Shown here in pieces: positions 31,143-41,586 of a stretch of 64,000 nucleotides of DNA (its first letter is position 1; each line of letters begins with the position of its first letter). Position numbers and translations under genes: made by a program. The stretch is taken from sequence record PZ534534.1; one strand, 5' to 3'. The notes beneath the pieces were generated by a model, which was not told the origin of the DNA, did not search any database, and worked only from the letters and a program-made list of their open reading frames with translations. The stretch is from a phage.

Positions 31143-33121
31143 TTGTAAACAGTAATGAAACTAAAGCGGTACTAACCGGGAATATGGAGGTCACCAGGGG
31201 CTCAATTTCTCTGAACAAAGAGACTTTTGGGCTAATCATTAAAGGGATTTACGAAGATAAGGTGCTGGCAAGCTGCCGTGAACCAATCTTCAATGCCGTG
31301 GACTCCCATGTTGAGTCTGGACGGGGTGATGTACCGATCATTATTCACTCTCCTACAGACCTTGAACCATACTTCTTTGTGCAGGACGTTGGATTGGGCA
31401 TGTCAGAAGAGATGGTCCGCAACACTTTCATGAATCTCGGGGAGTCAACCAAGCGCAACAGCAACGCTCTGGTAGGTAATAAAGGTGTTGGTTCAAAGGC
31501 TCCGTTCAGTATGGTGGACACTTTCGATGTTATCAGTGTGCACAATGGTGTTGAAAGCACATATCTATTGTTCTTGGATCAGGGTATCCCAAACGTTACC
31601 AAGATCCGTGAGCGGAAGACTGAAGAGCACAACGGGGTAAAAGTTCAGTTCCATGTTAAGAAAGAGCATGTCCTGAAATATCGCACTGCTATTGCGTCAT
31701 GCCTACGCTATGCAAAGTTTCCGTTTACCGTTACCGACCCTATGACCAGTAAGATGCTGGAAGGTGATAAGGTTGAGGCGCAGTATCACTACGAGAAGGA
31801 TGGTTGGAAAATGACCATCCTGAAAGGTTATACCAGCTCTGATGAGAGCCGTGTGGTGATGGGACACCAACCTTACCGCTCTAAGTTTCTGGAAACATTG
31901 ACAGACTACCCTGCAATCTGTGTAGAGATCCCTATCGGGGATTGCAATATTAACCCTGGGCGCGAATGGACCATAGAGGGGCACGACGATGGTGGATTCC
32001 AAGAGCGTCTGGAGGCTTTTGTCAAAGAGGGTATCCGTCTTCGTGGGGCAGAAGTTGTTGCGGAATTGGAGACAGCAAAAACATCCTCAGAAGCACGTGA
32101 GATGATGAAGAACAGTGGAGTGTTCGGGCACATCTTCGGTAAGAATTTTATGTGGGACAGATGGGAAGAAACAGGGCTTGGCGACTTAGGCGATTGTGAA
32201 ATTTTCGCTGGAGGCTTAAATAAAGGCCGCATAGGCTATGCTCGTTACGGAAAGTCGGAGTTCTTACGAGGTGTATACCTTGTATTTAACGACGGAGATG
32301 GCAAATATAACCGAAATAAGTGTAACTATTTAAGCGAAATCACCGGACGCAACGTTTTCTATTGCCGGAATACGGATCTAGTGAAAGAGTTTAAAGAGGC
32401 GGCACACCATCCGTTCTTTGCAGATACTGTCAAATTGTTATCAGAGCTCCCTCGCCGACCTGCGAAGAAAGGTGAAACAAAAACTCATTACGAGCCAGGT
32501 TATTGGGTTAAAAAGCTTGAGAAGGATGGTTACTTCCGTCGTGAACGTATTACTAAGGCAGAGTTCAAGAAGATTAAGCACTGCATTCCTTATGAAGGTG
32601 ATATCCAACGTGGAAGTTGTTGGCTGGGACAGCTGAGTAACATCTACCAGCAAAATTATGACCGTGTGCGTGCGGCACTCCAGATTCCTGAAGGGGAAGA
32701 CCTGTACCTGGTATCAGAATCCCGTCTGCTTTGGACTGATCCTGATTGCCAGTATGTTACAGAGAAAAATGTGGAACATTTGTTGAAAGAGGATGCTTGG
32801 AAATTCTTACTGACTCGCGCAGCAAATGAAACTTCATATGACAGCCTGTATAGACAATTAGGGAAAATTATTCCCATGCAAGATTTTGGAAATTATCGGC
32901 CACATTTCCACAAGTGGGAAGGTAACACCGCGTGGAAGCACAGTGAGCTAAATCATCGTGCCAAAATCTTAATCGCCAACCGAGTTAAATGCGGGAAGGC
33001 CTATATTGCAAGATTGGAAAAGAAATACCCACTTTTGAAGCATGTAGGCTTGAAATATTGGGACACTCCTGCTATGATTGAATACCGTGAACTGATCGAT
33101 ACAAAGAATAACATCAAATAA
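31139..33121 (+). CDS. rIIA: rIIA-like protein with GHKL-type ATPase domain
   Basis: Bergerat-fold boxes: EPIFNAVD, DVGLGMS, GNKGVGSKAPF; motif set recalled from T4 rIIA; 660 aa. Confidence 0.55.
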   Translation: MIVNSNETKAVLTGNMEVTRGSISLNKETFGLIIKGIYEDKVLASCREPIFNAVDSHVESGRGDVPIIIHSPTDLEPYFFVQDVGLGMSEEMVRNTFMNLGESTKRNSNALVGNKGVGSKAPFSMVDTFDVISVHNGVESTYLLFLDQGIPNVTKIRERKTEEHNGVKVQFHVKKEHVLKYRTAIASCLRYAKFPFTVTDPMTSKMLEGDKVEAQYHYEKDGWKMTILKGYTSSDESRVVMGHQPYRSKFLETLTDYPAICVEIPIGDCNINPGREWTIEGHDDGGFQERLEAFVKEGIRLRGAEVVAELETAKTSSEAREMMKNSGVFGHIFGKNFMWDRWEETGLGDLGDCEIFAGGLNKGRIGYARYGKSEFLRGVYLVFNDGDGKYNRNKCNYLSEITGRNVFYCRNTDLVKEFKEAAHHPFFADTVKLLSELPRRPAKKGETKTHYEPGYWVKKLEKDGYFRRERITKAEFKKIKHCIPYEGDIQRGSCWLGQLSNIYQQNYDRVRAALQIPEGEDLYLVSESRLLWTDPDCQYVTEKNVEHLLKEDAWKFLLTRAANETSYDSLYRQLGKIIPMQDFGNYRPHFHKWEGNTAWKHSELNHRAKILIANRVKCGKAYIARLEKKYPLLKHVGLKYWDTPAMIEYRELIDTKNNIK

Positions 33122-33131
33122 GGAGACCAAG

Positions 33132-34337
33132 ATGATTTTCATCTACGAACATTTCAAAACCCGTAAAGAAGCACGAGACCGCCGTGCAGAACTTGAGAAG
33201 AAGGGTTTCACATGTGCCATTGAGAAAGGCGACACAACCTGGACACTGGCAGTTGGTGCCCCAGAGTTGTTCGATCCTGACCGTGACAGCGTCTGCTACA
33301 CCCGTGAGGATTTTGAAACCCGCGAAGAGGCCCGTTTATTTCGATACGGTCTGGAAGATAACGGTAAGTACGCCATGATCTTAGATTTAGGCGAAGGGTC
33401 CGTTAAACGTTGGGGCGTGGTATACCCACTGTGTGTTGTTCATGGTGTGGGGTTCACTGGGGTAGCAATCAAGTCAGAAGAACCTTTAGTAGAAGTCAAA
33501 GATCCGGTGCTGGAGGTGGTGAGCAGCGTATCTCAGCAACAGACTCGAAGTATTGAGCCTTTGGTAGTTATTTGTGGGGAACTCCTCCAGATCACCTGCA
33601 ACGAAGGCATTTTTGAAATTCGCCGCAGCGAAAGTGAGGAAGTTTACCAGAAAGTCTTCGACCATATCTCTGTTCAGGAATATGATGAGGCAATTGGTGA
33701 AATCCTTGTCTGGCTGGAACGCAAGAATGAGTTCACCACACTTGCAGACAACCTGGTCATGAAAGATGGTAAGCTCTACTACTACGGTGTAGAGATGCGA
33801 TCCACCATTGCAAAGAAAATTGAGAAAGATTATGCAGACGGAACACTGGATGACCGCTATGTGAAATTCCTCGTTCGCCTGCTGCGCAATCCTTCTGCAA
33901 AATCTGTAAACATGCTCTACGATTTTATGCAGGCCAACGATATCCAGATTGCAGAAGATGGTCGAATCATTTGCTACAAAGGGGTTCAGTTTAACGGCAG
34001 CAAGTGGGTGGATTGGCACAGTGGTAAAGTTCCACAATACCAGGGGGCTTTTGTATCCATGCCTCGTAACTTTGTAGAGGATGATCCGGAAGCTGCGTGC
34101 TCTTATGGCTTACACTGCGCCAGCAAAGAGTATGCAAAGAGCTACGGCACTGTAATGACTGTTATGGTTGACCCTGCAGATGTGGTTAGTGTGCCATACC
34201 AACACAATAGCGCTAAGTGCCGTGCATGCCGCTATGAGATTGTGGTAGCTCCGGAAGCACGCAAAGATGGAGACCCTATTGAATATGTAGTTGATCGTGA
34301 CGGTAACACTATCGACATTCTTTACGAGGAGGCGTAA
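33132..34337 (+). CDS. rIIB-like protein (by synteny)
   Basis: 401 aa ORF immediately downstream of rIIA-like gene; no motif confirmed. Confidence 0.35.
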   Translation: MIFIYEHFKTRKEARDRRAELEKKGFTCAIEKGDTTWTLAVGAPELFDPDRDSVCYTREDFETREEARLFRYGLEDNGKYAMILDLGEGSVKRWGVVYPLCVVHGVGFTGVAIKSEEPLVEVKDPVLEVVSSVSQQQTRSIEPLVVICGELLQITCNEGIFEIRRSESEEVYQKVFDHISVQEYDEAIGEILVWLERKNEFTTLADNLVMKDGKLYYYGVEMRSTIAKKIEKDYADGTLDDRYVKFLVRLLRNPSAKSVNMLYDFMQANDIQIAEDGRIICYKGVQFNGSKWVDWHSGKVPQYQGAFVSMPRNFVEDDPEAACSYGLHCASKEYAKSYGTVMTVMVDPADVVSVPYQHNSAKCRACRYEIVVAPEARKDGDPIEYVVDRDGNTIDILYEEA

Positions 34338-35707
34338 TGGAAAAAGGGCAGTATGATGTAGGCACAGATGCTGCCCTCGTTGCAATCATGAGTGGTGAGA
34401 ATGTCTTCGTTTCAGGACCTGCAGGTTGTGGGAAGACGTATCTCATCAACATGATCCAGTCAATGTATGGAGACTCTTGCATAACGGTTGCCCCGACAGG
34501 GGTAGCCGCTTTAAACGTTAATGGAGCAACAGCACACCGAACCTTCGATCTTGCAGCAGGTGTGAGCATGGAGTCAGACTGGACCGCAATAAGGGCAAAA
34601 ACAGCAAAGCCTTTGAAAAGCAAGGCATTTACCATCCTGATTATCGATGAAATCTCTATGATCCGTGCTGATAAGTTTATAGAGATGGATAGGAAACTCC
34701 GCTTCCTTCGAAAAAATGACAAACCTTTCGGAGGCATACAGGTCATATTGTTTGGCGATTTTTACCAGGCACCTCCTGTTGTCTCTTCTATGGAGAAGGA
34801 AGCCTACTTCAACTTCTACCATACGGACCTGTGTTGCTATACCGAATCTTGGAAAGAGCTTGACCTCCACAACATAGCCTTAGTAGATCAGTTCCGACAG
34901 GAGTCTATTCGATTTGCCACAATGCTCAACTGTGTTCGTGAGGGTCGTCGCATAAAAGAGGTTGTAGCAGAACTTAATGCTCGCTGTTACAAAGGCGGTG
35001 TACCAACAGACGCTCTCACAATTTGCGCCACCAACAAACAAGCAGAGGAAGTGAACAGAAGGTTCTATGATGCCATCAACGCCCCAGAGAAGGTATACAC
35101 TGGTGAAATGAAGGGTAAGTTTCCCTCCACCCTGCCAGTTGAGCAGGAGATGAAGTTGAAAATTGGCATGAAAGTTATGATAACCGCCAACGATGTTGAC
35201 CCGACGCACAAGGTACCTTATTATGTTAACGGAACACGTGCCACAATTGTTAAATTTAAGAACAAGGCGGTGGTGGTAGAGCTTGAAGATGGAACACAGG
35301 TTGACATAGAGCAGAGGTTGTGGGAGAATAACGAGTATAAGCCCTCTCAGAGATACAACATTGCAGAAAGGAAGATGGAGAAGTTTATAGAGAGGGTAGT
35401 GATTGGGTCATACAAGCAACTTCCTCTGAAATCTGGGTACGCCGTAACATCTCATAAAAGTCAAGGACTTACGCTAGATTGTTACAACCTGGACCTTGGA
35501 AAGAACGGAGCTTTCTCTCCTGGGATGACGTATGTTGCTTTGAGTCGGGTTAAGACAATACAAGGAATAAACTTGTTGCGTCCACTAAGAGAAGTTGACA
35601 TTATTGTTGACCCGCGAGTCGTAGAGTTTTACAATACAACATTCCCTGACTTAGACAAAATTGTCAGGAAAGATTTTGAAACCAGAGCAGAAGAGGGGGA
35701 CGTATGA
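34337..35707 (+). CDS. SF1B DNA helicase (Dda/Pif1/RecD-like)
   Basis: Walker A GPAGCGKTY, Walker B ILIIDEISM, plus GDFYQAPPV-type motif. Confidence 0.6.
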   Translation: MEKGQYDVGTDAALVAIMSGENVFVSGPAGCGKTYLINMIQSMYGDSCITVAPTGVAALNVNGATAHRTFDLAAGVSMESDWTAIRAKTAKPLKSKAFTILIIDEISMIRADKFIEMDRKLRFLRKNDKPFGGIQVILFGDFYQAPPVVSSMEKEAYFNFYHTDLCCYTESWKELDLHNIALVDQFRQESIRFATMLNCVREGRRIKEVVAELNARCYKGGVPTDALTICATNKQAEEVNRRFYDAINAPEKVYTGEMKGKFPSTLPVEQEMKLKIGMKVMITANDVDPTHKVPYYVNGTRATIVKFKNKAVVVELEDGTQVDIEQRLWENNEYKPSQRYNIAERKMEKFIERVVIGSYKQLPLKSGYAVTSHKSQGLTLDCYNLDLGKNGAFSPGMTYVALSRVKTIQGINLLRPLREVDIIVDPRVVEFYNTTFPDLDKIVRKDFETRAEEGDV

Positions 35708-36045
35708 GTTTGTGGAGAAATATCGTTAACTACGTGTGTGGCAATCCGACTCCTGAAGAGAAGAATGTTGTGATTCACGATTTTACTAAAAGATCTCGTG
35801 AAAAAGATCTACTGCTAACAAAGGTGACTGATAAAGATCCTGCAGTAGGAGACTGGGCAGGTTTTGCGTTTACATCGGACAAATACACCTTTAACAAAGG
35901 TGACTACCTTGTTGTAGATTTTAACGAAGACATTGAGGGTGCTGGACCTTACTATCAAACCCTTATTGTTGCAGGGTGTGTTAATCTCTCTGCAGGCATG
36001 CACAGTTTGATTCTTTTTGAGCTTGACTCTGAAGACCTTGAGTAG
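35704..36045 (+). CDS. hypothetical protein
   Basis: 113 aa ORF, start overlaps helicase stop. Confidence 0.4.
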   Translation: MSLWRNIVNYVCGNPTPEEKNVVIHDFTKRSREKDLLLTKVTDKDPAVGDWAGFAFTSDKYTFNKGDYLVVDFNEDIEGAGPYYQTLIVAGCVNLSAGMHSLILFELDSEDLE

Positions 36046-36106
36046 TAAGGTGTGAGTATAAAGGGGAGGCACTCCTCCCCACAAAAACTAAGGAGAGCAC
36101 CAAACG

Positions 36107-37432
36107 ATGAGTAAAACCAAATTAGAACTTACCTGGATAGGTAAAAACGAGCGCAAAAAGTTAGAGCCGCACATTTTGTTAGAAGATTCTAGCAAATCTT
36201 ACCACAGCCAGAAGGTGACCGAAAACGATATTTTTGATAATAAACTGATTTTTGGAGATAACTTATTAGCATTGAAGGCGCTAGAGCAAGAGTATGCATG
36301 CAAAGTGAAGTGTGTTTACATAGACCCACCATTCAATACCGGGAGGGCTTTTGAGCACTACGATGATAGCCTGGAGCATTCCATTTGGCTGGGCTTAATG
36401 AGGGATAGGTTAGAAATAATTCGTAATCTTCTGAGTGATGATGGGGTAATATTCGTTCACTTAGATGGTTGCGAAATGGCGTATTTAAAAGTTTTGATGG
36501 ACGAGATTTTTGGTCGTGCAAATCAGTTAAATACCATCTCGATGACCACAAATTCCCCTTCAGGATTTAAGGCAACAGGAGCCACAGTTTTCTCCACAGC
36601 AAACTTTTTGCTTGTATATGCAAAAGATCGCAACCAGAAACCGCTTAACAAAATCTATATACCTAAAGGGTATGATACAGGATATAACAAATACCTATTA
36701 AACCCGGATGACCATTATAAAAATTGGACGTGGTGTGGTATTGCCGATGCGTTTGCAAAGGCCAATGGCTATAAAGATGCAAAAGAAGCCAAGAAAAAAC
36801 TGCCTGACACATTCGATGATGAATTAGCACAATTCGCAATTGATAATGCAGAACGTGTATTTCAATCTGTTGCAATTGGTGGTGGTGCTAAAATAAAGAG
36901 AAAAGAAACTATCGAGAAGTCAAAGAAAGACAGGGATAAGGTTTATGTACATCCAAATGAGGATGTTGAAGGATTTTATATCGCAAATGGTAGGCAAATG
37001 GTCTTTTACTCCAACAGGCTTTTGGAAATTGACGGTGAGATGCAGCCTGCGGAACTAATAACTGATGTTTGGACAGATATTAGTTGGAATGGAATAGCAA
37101 ATGAAGGTGGCGTTAGTTTCAAAAATGGTAAAAAACCAGAAGCGCTTTTGAAGCGGATTTTCGAGATGTGTACGCGAGAAGGCGATTTGGTATTGGATTC
37201 ATTCGGTGGTTCGGGAACTACTGCTGCTGTAGCTCACAAAATGAAAAGACGTTGGATCTTGATCGAACTGGGTGATCATTGTCATACCCATATTATTCCG
37301 CGCTTGGAAAAAGTGATCGATGGCGAAGATCAAGGTGGTATTTCTAAGTCTGTAAACTGGCAAGGTGGTGGTGGCTTCCGTTATTACAAACTTACCCCGG
37401 CCTTAATTGCGAAAGATATGTCTGATCAATAA
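36107..37432 (+). CDS. DNA methyltransferase, beta-class (N6-adenine or N4-cytosine)
   Basis: Catalytic IDPPFNTG motif near N-term and SAM-binding LDSFGGSGTT near C-term. Confidence 0.6.
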   Translation: MSKTKLELTWIGKNERKKLEPHILLEDSSKSYHSQKVTENDIFDNKLIFGDNLLALKALEQEYACKVKCVYIDPPFNTGRAFEHYDDSLEHSIWLGLMRDRLEIIRNLLSDDGVIFVHLDGCEMAYLKVLMDEIFGRANQLNTISMTTNSPSGFKATGATVFSTANFLLVYAKDRNQKPLNKIYIPKGYDTGYNKYLLNPDDHYKNWTWCGIADAFAKANGYKDAKEAKKKLPDTFDDELAQFAIDNAERVFQSVAIGGGAKIKRKETIEKSKKDRDKVYVHPNEDVEGFYIANGRQMVFYSNRLLEIDGEMQPAELITDVWTDISWNGIANEGGVSFKNGKKPEALLKRIFEMCTREGDLVLDSFGGSGTTAAVAHKMKRRWILIELGDHCHTHIIPRLEKVIDGEDQGGISKSVNWQGGGGFRYYKLTPALIAKDMSDQ

Positions 37433-37445
37433 AGAGTACAATCAA

Positions 37446-37751
37446 ATGATGAAACGTTATAAACCATACACTTTTGAAATCGATTTCGAACTTGACGATA
37501 TGTTTACTGTAGAAGCTCAGGCAGTTGTCCAGTTGCCAGACCCGGAGTGCCGTGATTCTGATGTTGACTATTACGGATTTAGACAAATTACCGATGTGCA
37601 TGTTTACCACAACGGTGAAGAGGTGGACTTCCACCAACTGCCAAACGATTTGCGACACTCAATTTACAAACGTGCAGCCCGTGAACTAGAGTCCTATCTG
37701 GATGCAGCGACGACAGCAGCTGCATTTGCTGAAGAAGTGGGAGGTTTCTGA
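37446..37751 (+). CDS. hypothetical protein
   Basis: ORF-track start 37407 overlaps MTase; internal ATG 37446 taken as likelier start. Confidence 0.35.
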   Translation: MMKRYKPYTFEIDFELDDMFTVEAQAVVQLPDPECRDSDVDYYGFRQITDVHVYHNGEEVDFHQLPNDLRHSIYKRAARELESYLDAATTAAAFAEEVGGF

Positions 37752-38149
37752 TGATTACAGGTGTGAAGATTATCCAATACCACTTAACTAAATTGGAAGA
37801 TGCTGAAAAAGAGCTTGCAGAAGTTCTGAATAGTGGATATACTTTGCTATCATGCGCCTGCTCAGATACCTACGCTGTGTGGACACTTATCCGGAAGGAA
37901 GAGCCTGCGGGGATCTTGGTGCCAAACCCTAAGATCATTAGTGAGGTGGATGACTATGCTCAGGACGGCCTGCCAGAAGGCTGGGAAGTATGGGAAGGTG
38001 GTGAAAACCCTGCACCAGGTAAGTGGGTAAAATACAAACTACGTAGCGGTGCACAGTACGCTGACTACTCTGATGACCTGGATTGGAGTCATTCTTCACC
38101 AGGATCATCTGCAAGTTCATATGATATCATAGCTTTTCAGGAAGAATAA
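37751..38149 (+). CDS. hypothetical protein
   Basis: 132 aa ORF, ATGA overlap with upstream gene. Confidence 0.4.
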   Translation: MITGVKIIQYHLTKLEDAEKELAEVLNSGYTLLSCACSDTYAVWTLIRKEEPAGILVPNPKIISEVDDYAQDGLPEGWEVWEGGENPAPGKWVKYKLRSGAQYADYSDDLDWSHSSPGSSASSYDIIAFQEE

Positions 38150-38161
38150 GGAGATAGTGTT

Positions 38162-38644
38162 ATGTCAGATTTTATGTGGAAAGTAGGTTACGCAGCTCCT
38201 GAAATGTGTGAGGCTTGCTTTGTGAAAATAGGCCGCGAGGATATCGACAAAGTGATCCTTAAGTTTCGTGATGTGGCTGTGATCGGCAACCGAGTGCTTA
38301 AGCACTTAAAGAATCTGAAGCTCACTAAAAAGAAGTTCTTCGGACTTTTCGAAGAGAAAGTTGATGCTTGGACCCATTGCATCCAGGAAGCTAAATCTCA
38401 CTACAGTGCTATCGTTACTCCAGAACGGGTAGCCAAGATGGAAGGATTCATCAACAGCACAGAATTTGAGTGTCTGAAAGCTGCACTCGATAGTTATCCG
38501 AAATGCCTCAAGCACTTGGACAAGTATGTAGAAAAGGATGGGGAAATGTATCTCACCCTGGACGCATACTATGAGATGCAAGAAATTTTAAATTTAGATT
38601 TGACATTGGTATCCACCGAGTATACAATAGGTATCCGGGTTTAA
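38162..38644 (+). CDS. hypothetical protein
   Basis: 160 aa ORF with GGAGA RBS. Confidence 0.4.
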   Translation: MSDFMWKVGYAAPEMCEACFVKIGREDIDKVILKFRDVAVIGNRVLKHLKNLKLTKKKFFGLFEEKVDAWTHCIQEAKSHYSAIVTPERVAKMEGFINSTEFECLKAALDSYPKCLKHLDKYVEKDGEMYLTLDAYYEMQEILNLDLTLVSTEYTIGIRV

Positions 38645-38650
38645 CACTAG

Positions 38651-38677
38651 GCCCTGCCCGAAAGGGTGGGGCTTTTT
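38651..38677 (+). terminator. rho-independent terminator with GAAA tetraloop
   Basis: CCCUGCCC-GAAA-GGGUGGGG stem (two G-U pairs) followed by CTTTTT. Confidence 0.55.
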
Positions 38678-38695
38678 GCATTAGGAGACAGCAAA

Positions 38696-39460
38696 TTGAA
38701 ATTCATCTACAAAGAACACTACCACAAAGGTGTTGTGTGGAGTCTATTTGACGGGTCTGGTGGTGCAGTTATTGACTGGGCAAAAGCTGGGTACCTGTGC
38801 CTGTGCTTTAATGCAGAAGGTGCTGACCACGGCAGTTATGCAGAGGTGATAACCGATCATCCTAACATTCACTATGTGGATTATTGGATTGACCCATGGT
38901 TCCCTCAAGAAACTTTTTGCATGTATCCAGCTCCAGACTTTATTCTTGCATTTCCTCCGTGCACGCATTTAGCGGTATCAGGAGCTGCACACTTTAAGAA
39001 AAAGCTGGCTAAGGACCCACTGATCCAAATTAATGCTGTAAAGGATGCTCGGGTTGCGGAAGAGTTGGGAGAGATTTACGATTGCCCGTGGCATGTAGAG
39101 AATCCTGTAGGTGTTATGTCCACACTGTGGCGCAAACCTGATTACCGTTTTCACCCTTCGGATTATGGCGGGTATTTACCGGAAGATGATGTAAATCCAT
39201 GGTTTCCTGAATTTATAGCTCCACGTGATGCCTATCCAAAAATAACTTGCGGCTGGATAGGTAATGGATTTATAATCCCAGCCACAAAACCTGTCCCGCA
39301 AATAGTTGACGTGGTTAGCGGGTATTCCATGCAACACGCCAAGCTGGGTGGAAAGAGTGCAAGAACGAAGATGATTCGAAGCCTCACACCACGTGGCTGG
39401 GCAAAAGCCGTATTCTTAGCAAACGAGCCTGTAGTAAGGAGCAGAATTAATGGGAAGTAA
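38696..39460 (+). CDS. compact C5-cytosine methyltransferase-like protein
   Basis: LFDGSGGA (motif I-like), FPPCT (motif IV-like, PCT not PCQ), HVENP (motif VI-like); TTG start after AGGAGA. Confidence 0.4.
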   Translation: MKFIYKEHYHKGVVWSLFDGSGGAVIDWAKAGYLCLCFNAEGADHGSYAEVITDHPNIHYVDYWIDPWFPQETFCMYPAPDFILAFPPCTHLAVSGAAHFKKKLAKDPLIQINAVKDARVAEELGEIYDCPWHVENPVGVMSTLWRKPDYRFHPSDYGGYLPEDDVNPWFPEFIAPRDAYPKITCGWIGNGFIIPATKPVPQIVDVVSGYSMQHAKLGGKSARTKMIRSLTPRGWAKAVFLANEPVVRSRINGK

Positions 39461-41528
39461 ATTTATGGCATCTGCATACAACCGTTTCGGTGAGCCAAAC
39501 CCGGTTGCAACAAGATACAAAAGTGGGGGTAGTATGAAACGAGACTATCGTGATGAAAAAGAGGTTGAAACTGTAGAGACTGTTTTAGAAAATACTAAAA
39601 TTGTCCCTGTCCCACAACAAAATATCGGTCTGATGGCTGCACAATATTTTGGTGTGCGATCAGCATTGTCCCAAGAAGATGGTGTGACAGTCACTGCAAC
39701 ATATTTCCCATATTACGACCGCTACGGAAATCTGTCCGGTTTCAAAAAGCGTGACTGGACTAAGCCGAAAGAGCAGAAAGGGCACTGGTCTGTAGTAGGC
39801 ATAGTGAAGGCTAACTCCCAGATGTTTGGTCAAAAGCTGTGTGCATCTTCCAACAACCGTAAGCAGATTAACGTTTGTGAGGGAGAAGGTGATGTTATTG
39901 CAGCATGGCAGGCTGCATATCAGATACAAGTAAAAGGGATTCTCACCAACGCTAAAGCCCCGGCAAAAGTGAAGCAGTGGGCTAAAGAGGTCCAGGACGG
40001 GATCGACGCAGTTATCAACGGTGGTGATCTGGCAGGAAAACCCTGCCTACCTTTTGTTGGAATTAACTGTGGATGTGCAAACGCAGTAGATACTTTTGCA
40101 AACAATGAGAAATTTATCCGTAGCTACGGAACAGTGGTCCTTGCAATGGACAACGATGCAGCTAACGAGATAGAGAAGCAAAAACACGTTATCAAAGGTG
40201 TTGAAGCCACACATAATATCGCAGCATTTTTGATGGCTGATAACGTTTACCACGTGGAATATCCTGGCGAGGTAAACGACCCTGATGGTGTAAAAGATAT
40301 CCGTGACATGCTGAAGGCTAAAAAGCTGGAAGATATTGTAAACATGTTCCGGCATCCTGTTAAGTATGTGCCGGATGCTGTGTCGGATTTAGAAGACTTC
40401 TCTATCGAATCTTTGCGGAAAAAGACTTCCAACGGGGTAGATATCAGCGCAGAGTTCCCAAAACTGCAAAAAATGCTGAAAGGCTTGCACAAAGGGACAC
40501 TTGTAATGCTTACAGGTCCATCAGGAGGCGGTAAAACAACTGTAGCTAAAAAACTGGAACACTGTATTGCAAGATACCTAATGGACCCGACATGTCCAAA
40601 GGCTGATGATTACGAAGAGGATGATCGTCTATGCATGATTCATCTTGAGGAGGACCCAGAGGAAGCAATTAACTCCTTGTATGCAAACCAGTTAGGGTTT
40701 GATGTTAAAGAGTTTGTTGAAGATCCTAGCCAGTTTTTAACTGATCAAGAACACGCAGAGATTCACCAATCATGGGCAAAAGCTGGAAAAATCAAAGTGT
40801 TCAAACATTTCGGATCTATTCCGGTGGACGAGTTGATTACCAAGCTTAAGCAAATGGTTTGCCTGTACCATTGCCGTTATATTGTGCTGGATCACCTGTC
40901 CATGGTAATTTCAGGGCTTAATGTTAAGGATGAGCGAAAAGAGCTGGACATGGCTATGACCCAACTGGCTGCGTTTTGTAAGCAGTTTAACGTGTTTATC
41001 CTAGTGATCGCTCACCTCAAACGTACAGAGATTGTGCCTCCTAAGGACAAGGATGGTAACCCGTTACCTTTCTGGTATCCTGTGCGAAAAGAGAATTTGC
41101 GAGGATCGGCTGGGCTTGAACAGTTGAGTTGGGTAGTCATAGGTGTTGAGGCTGAAGAAATGGTAGATCGTTCTCGTGGTCGTGTCCGTTTAGTAGGTCT
41201 TAAAAACCGTCCAGCAAAAACATTGGGTATTGCGGATACTTTGGTTATGGACCCACATACAGGTAAGTTCCATGATGCCAGTAATTGGTACTGGGACAAA
41301 GAAATGCAGATGTTTACAGACGGAGAAGGTGGGGAGGTTGTTTGGAGACCTCAGGCCATGTTTGAGGACCAAGAGCATGCAGTTGTAGAAACACCTATGG
41401 GCAAGGTTGTAGCTGATAAGGTTGTAACTCCTACTATTAAGCCTGTTGACACGCAGGAAGACCTCCAGTACGATGATCCATCTTCTGATCCGGTCCCCGG
41501 TTTTGAAGATGATGAAACACCTTTTTAA
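39450..41528 (+). CDS. primase-helicase (TOPRIM plus DnaB-family helicase)
   Basis: TOPRIM-like CEGEGDVIAAW; Walker A GPSGGGKTT; Walker B IVLDHL; 692 aa. Confidence 0.6.
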   Translation: MGSKFMASAYNRFGEPNPVATRYKSGGSMKRDYRDEKEVETVETVLENTKIVPVPQQNIGLMAAQYFGVRSALSQEDGVTVTATYFPYYDRYGNLSGFKKRDWTKPKEQKGHWSVVGIVKANSQMFGQKLCASSNNRKQINVCEGEGDVIAAWQAAYQIQVKGILTNAKAPAKVKQWAKEVQDGIDAVINGGDLAGKPCLPFVGINCGCANAVDTFANNEKFIRSYGTVVLAMDNDAANEIEKQKHVIKGVEATHNIAAFLMADNVYHVEYPGEVNDPDGVKDIRDMLKAKKLEDIVNMFRHPVKYVPDAVSDLEDFSIESLRKKTSNGVDISAEFPKLQKMLKGLHKGTLVMLTGPSGGGKTTVAKKLEHCIARYLMDPTCPKADDYEEDDRLCMIHLEEDPEEAINSLYANQLGFDVKEFVEDPSQFLTDQEHAEIHQSWAKAGKIKVFKHFGSIPVDELITKLKQMVCLYHCRYIVLDHLSMVISGLNVKDERKELDMAMTQLAAFCKQFNVFILVIAHLKRTEIVPPKDKDGNPLPFWYPVRKENLRGSAGLEQLSWVVIGVEAEEMVDRSRGRVRLVGLKNRPAKTLGIADTLVMDPHTGKFHDASNWYWDKEMQMFTDGEGGEVVWRPQAMFEDQEHAVVETPMGKVVADKVVTPTIKPVDTQEDLQYDDPSSDPVPGFEDDETPF

Positions 41529-41586
41529 TGTTTAACAAAGAGTGGGAGGGGTAGTACAACCGCCTCCCCTTTAAGGAGAACACTTT

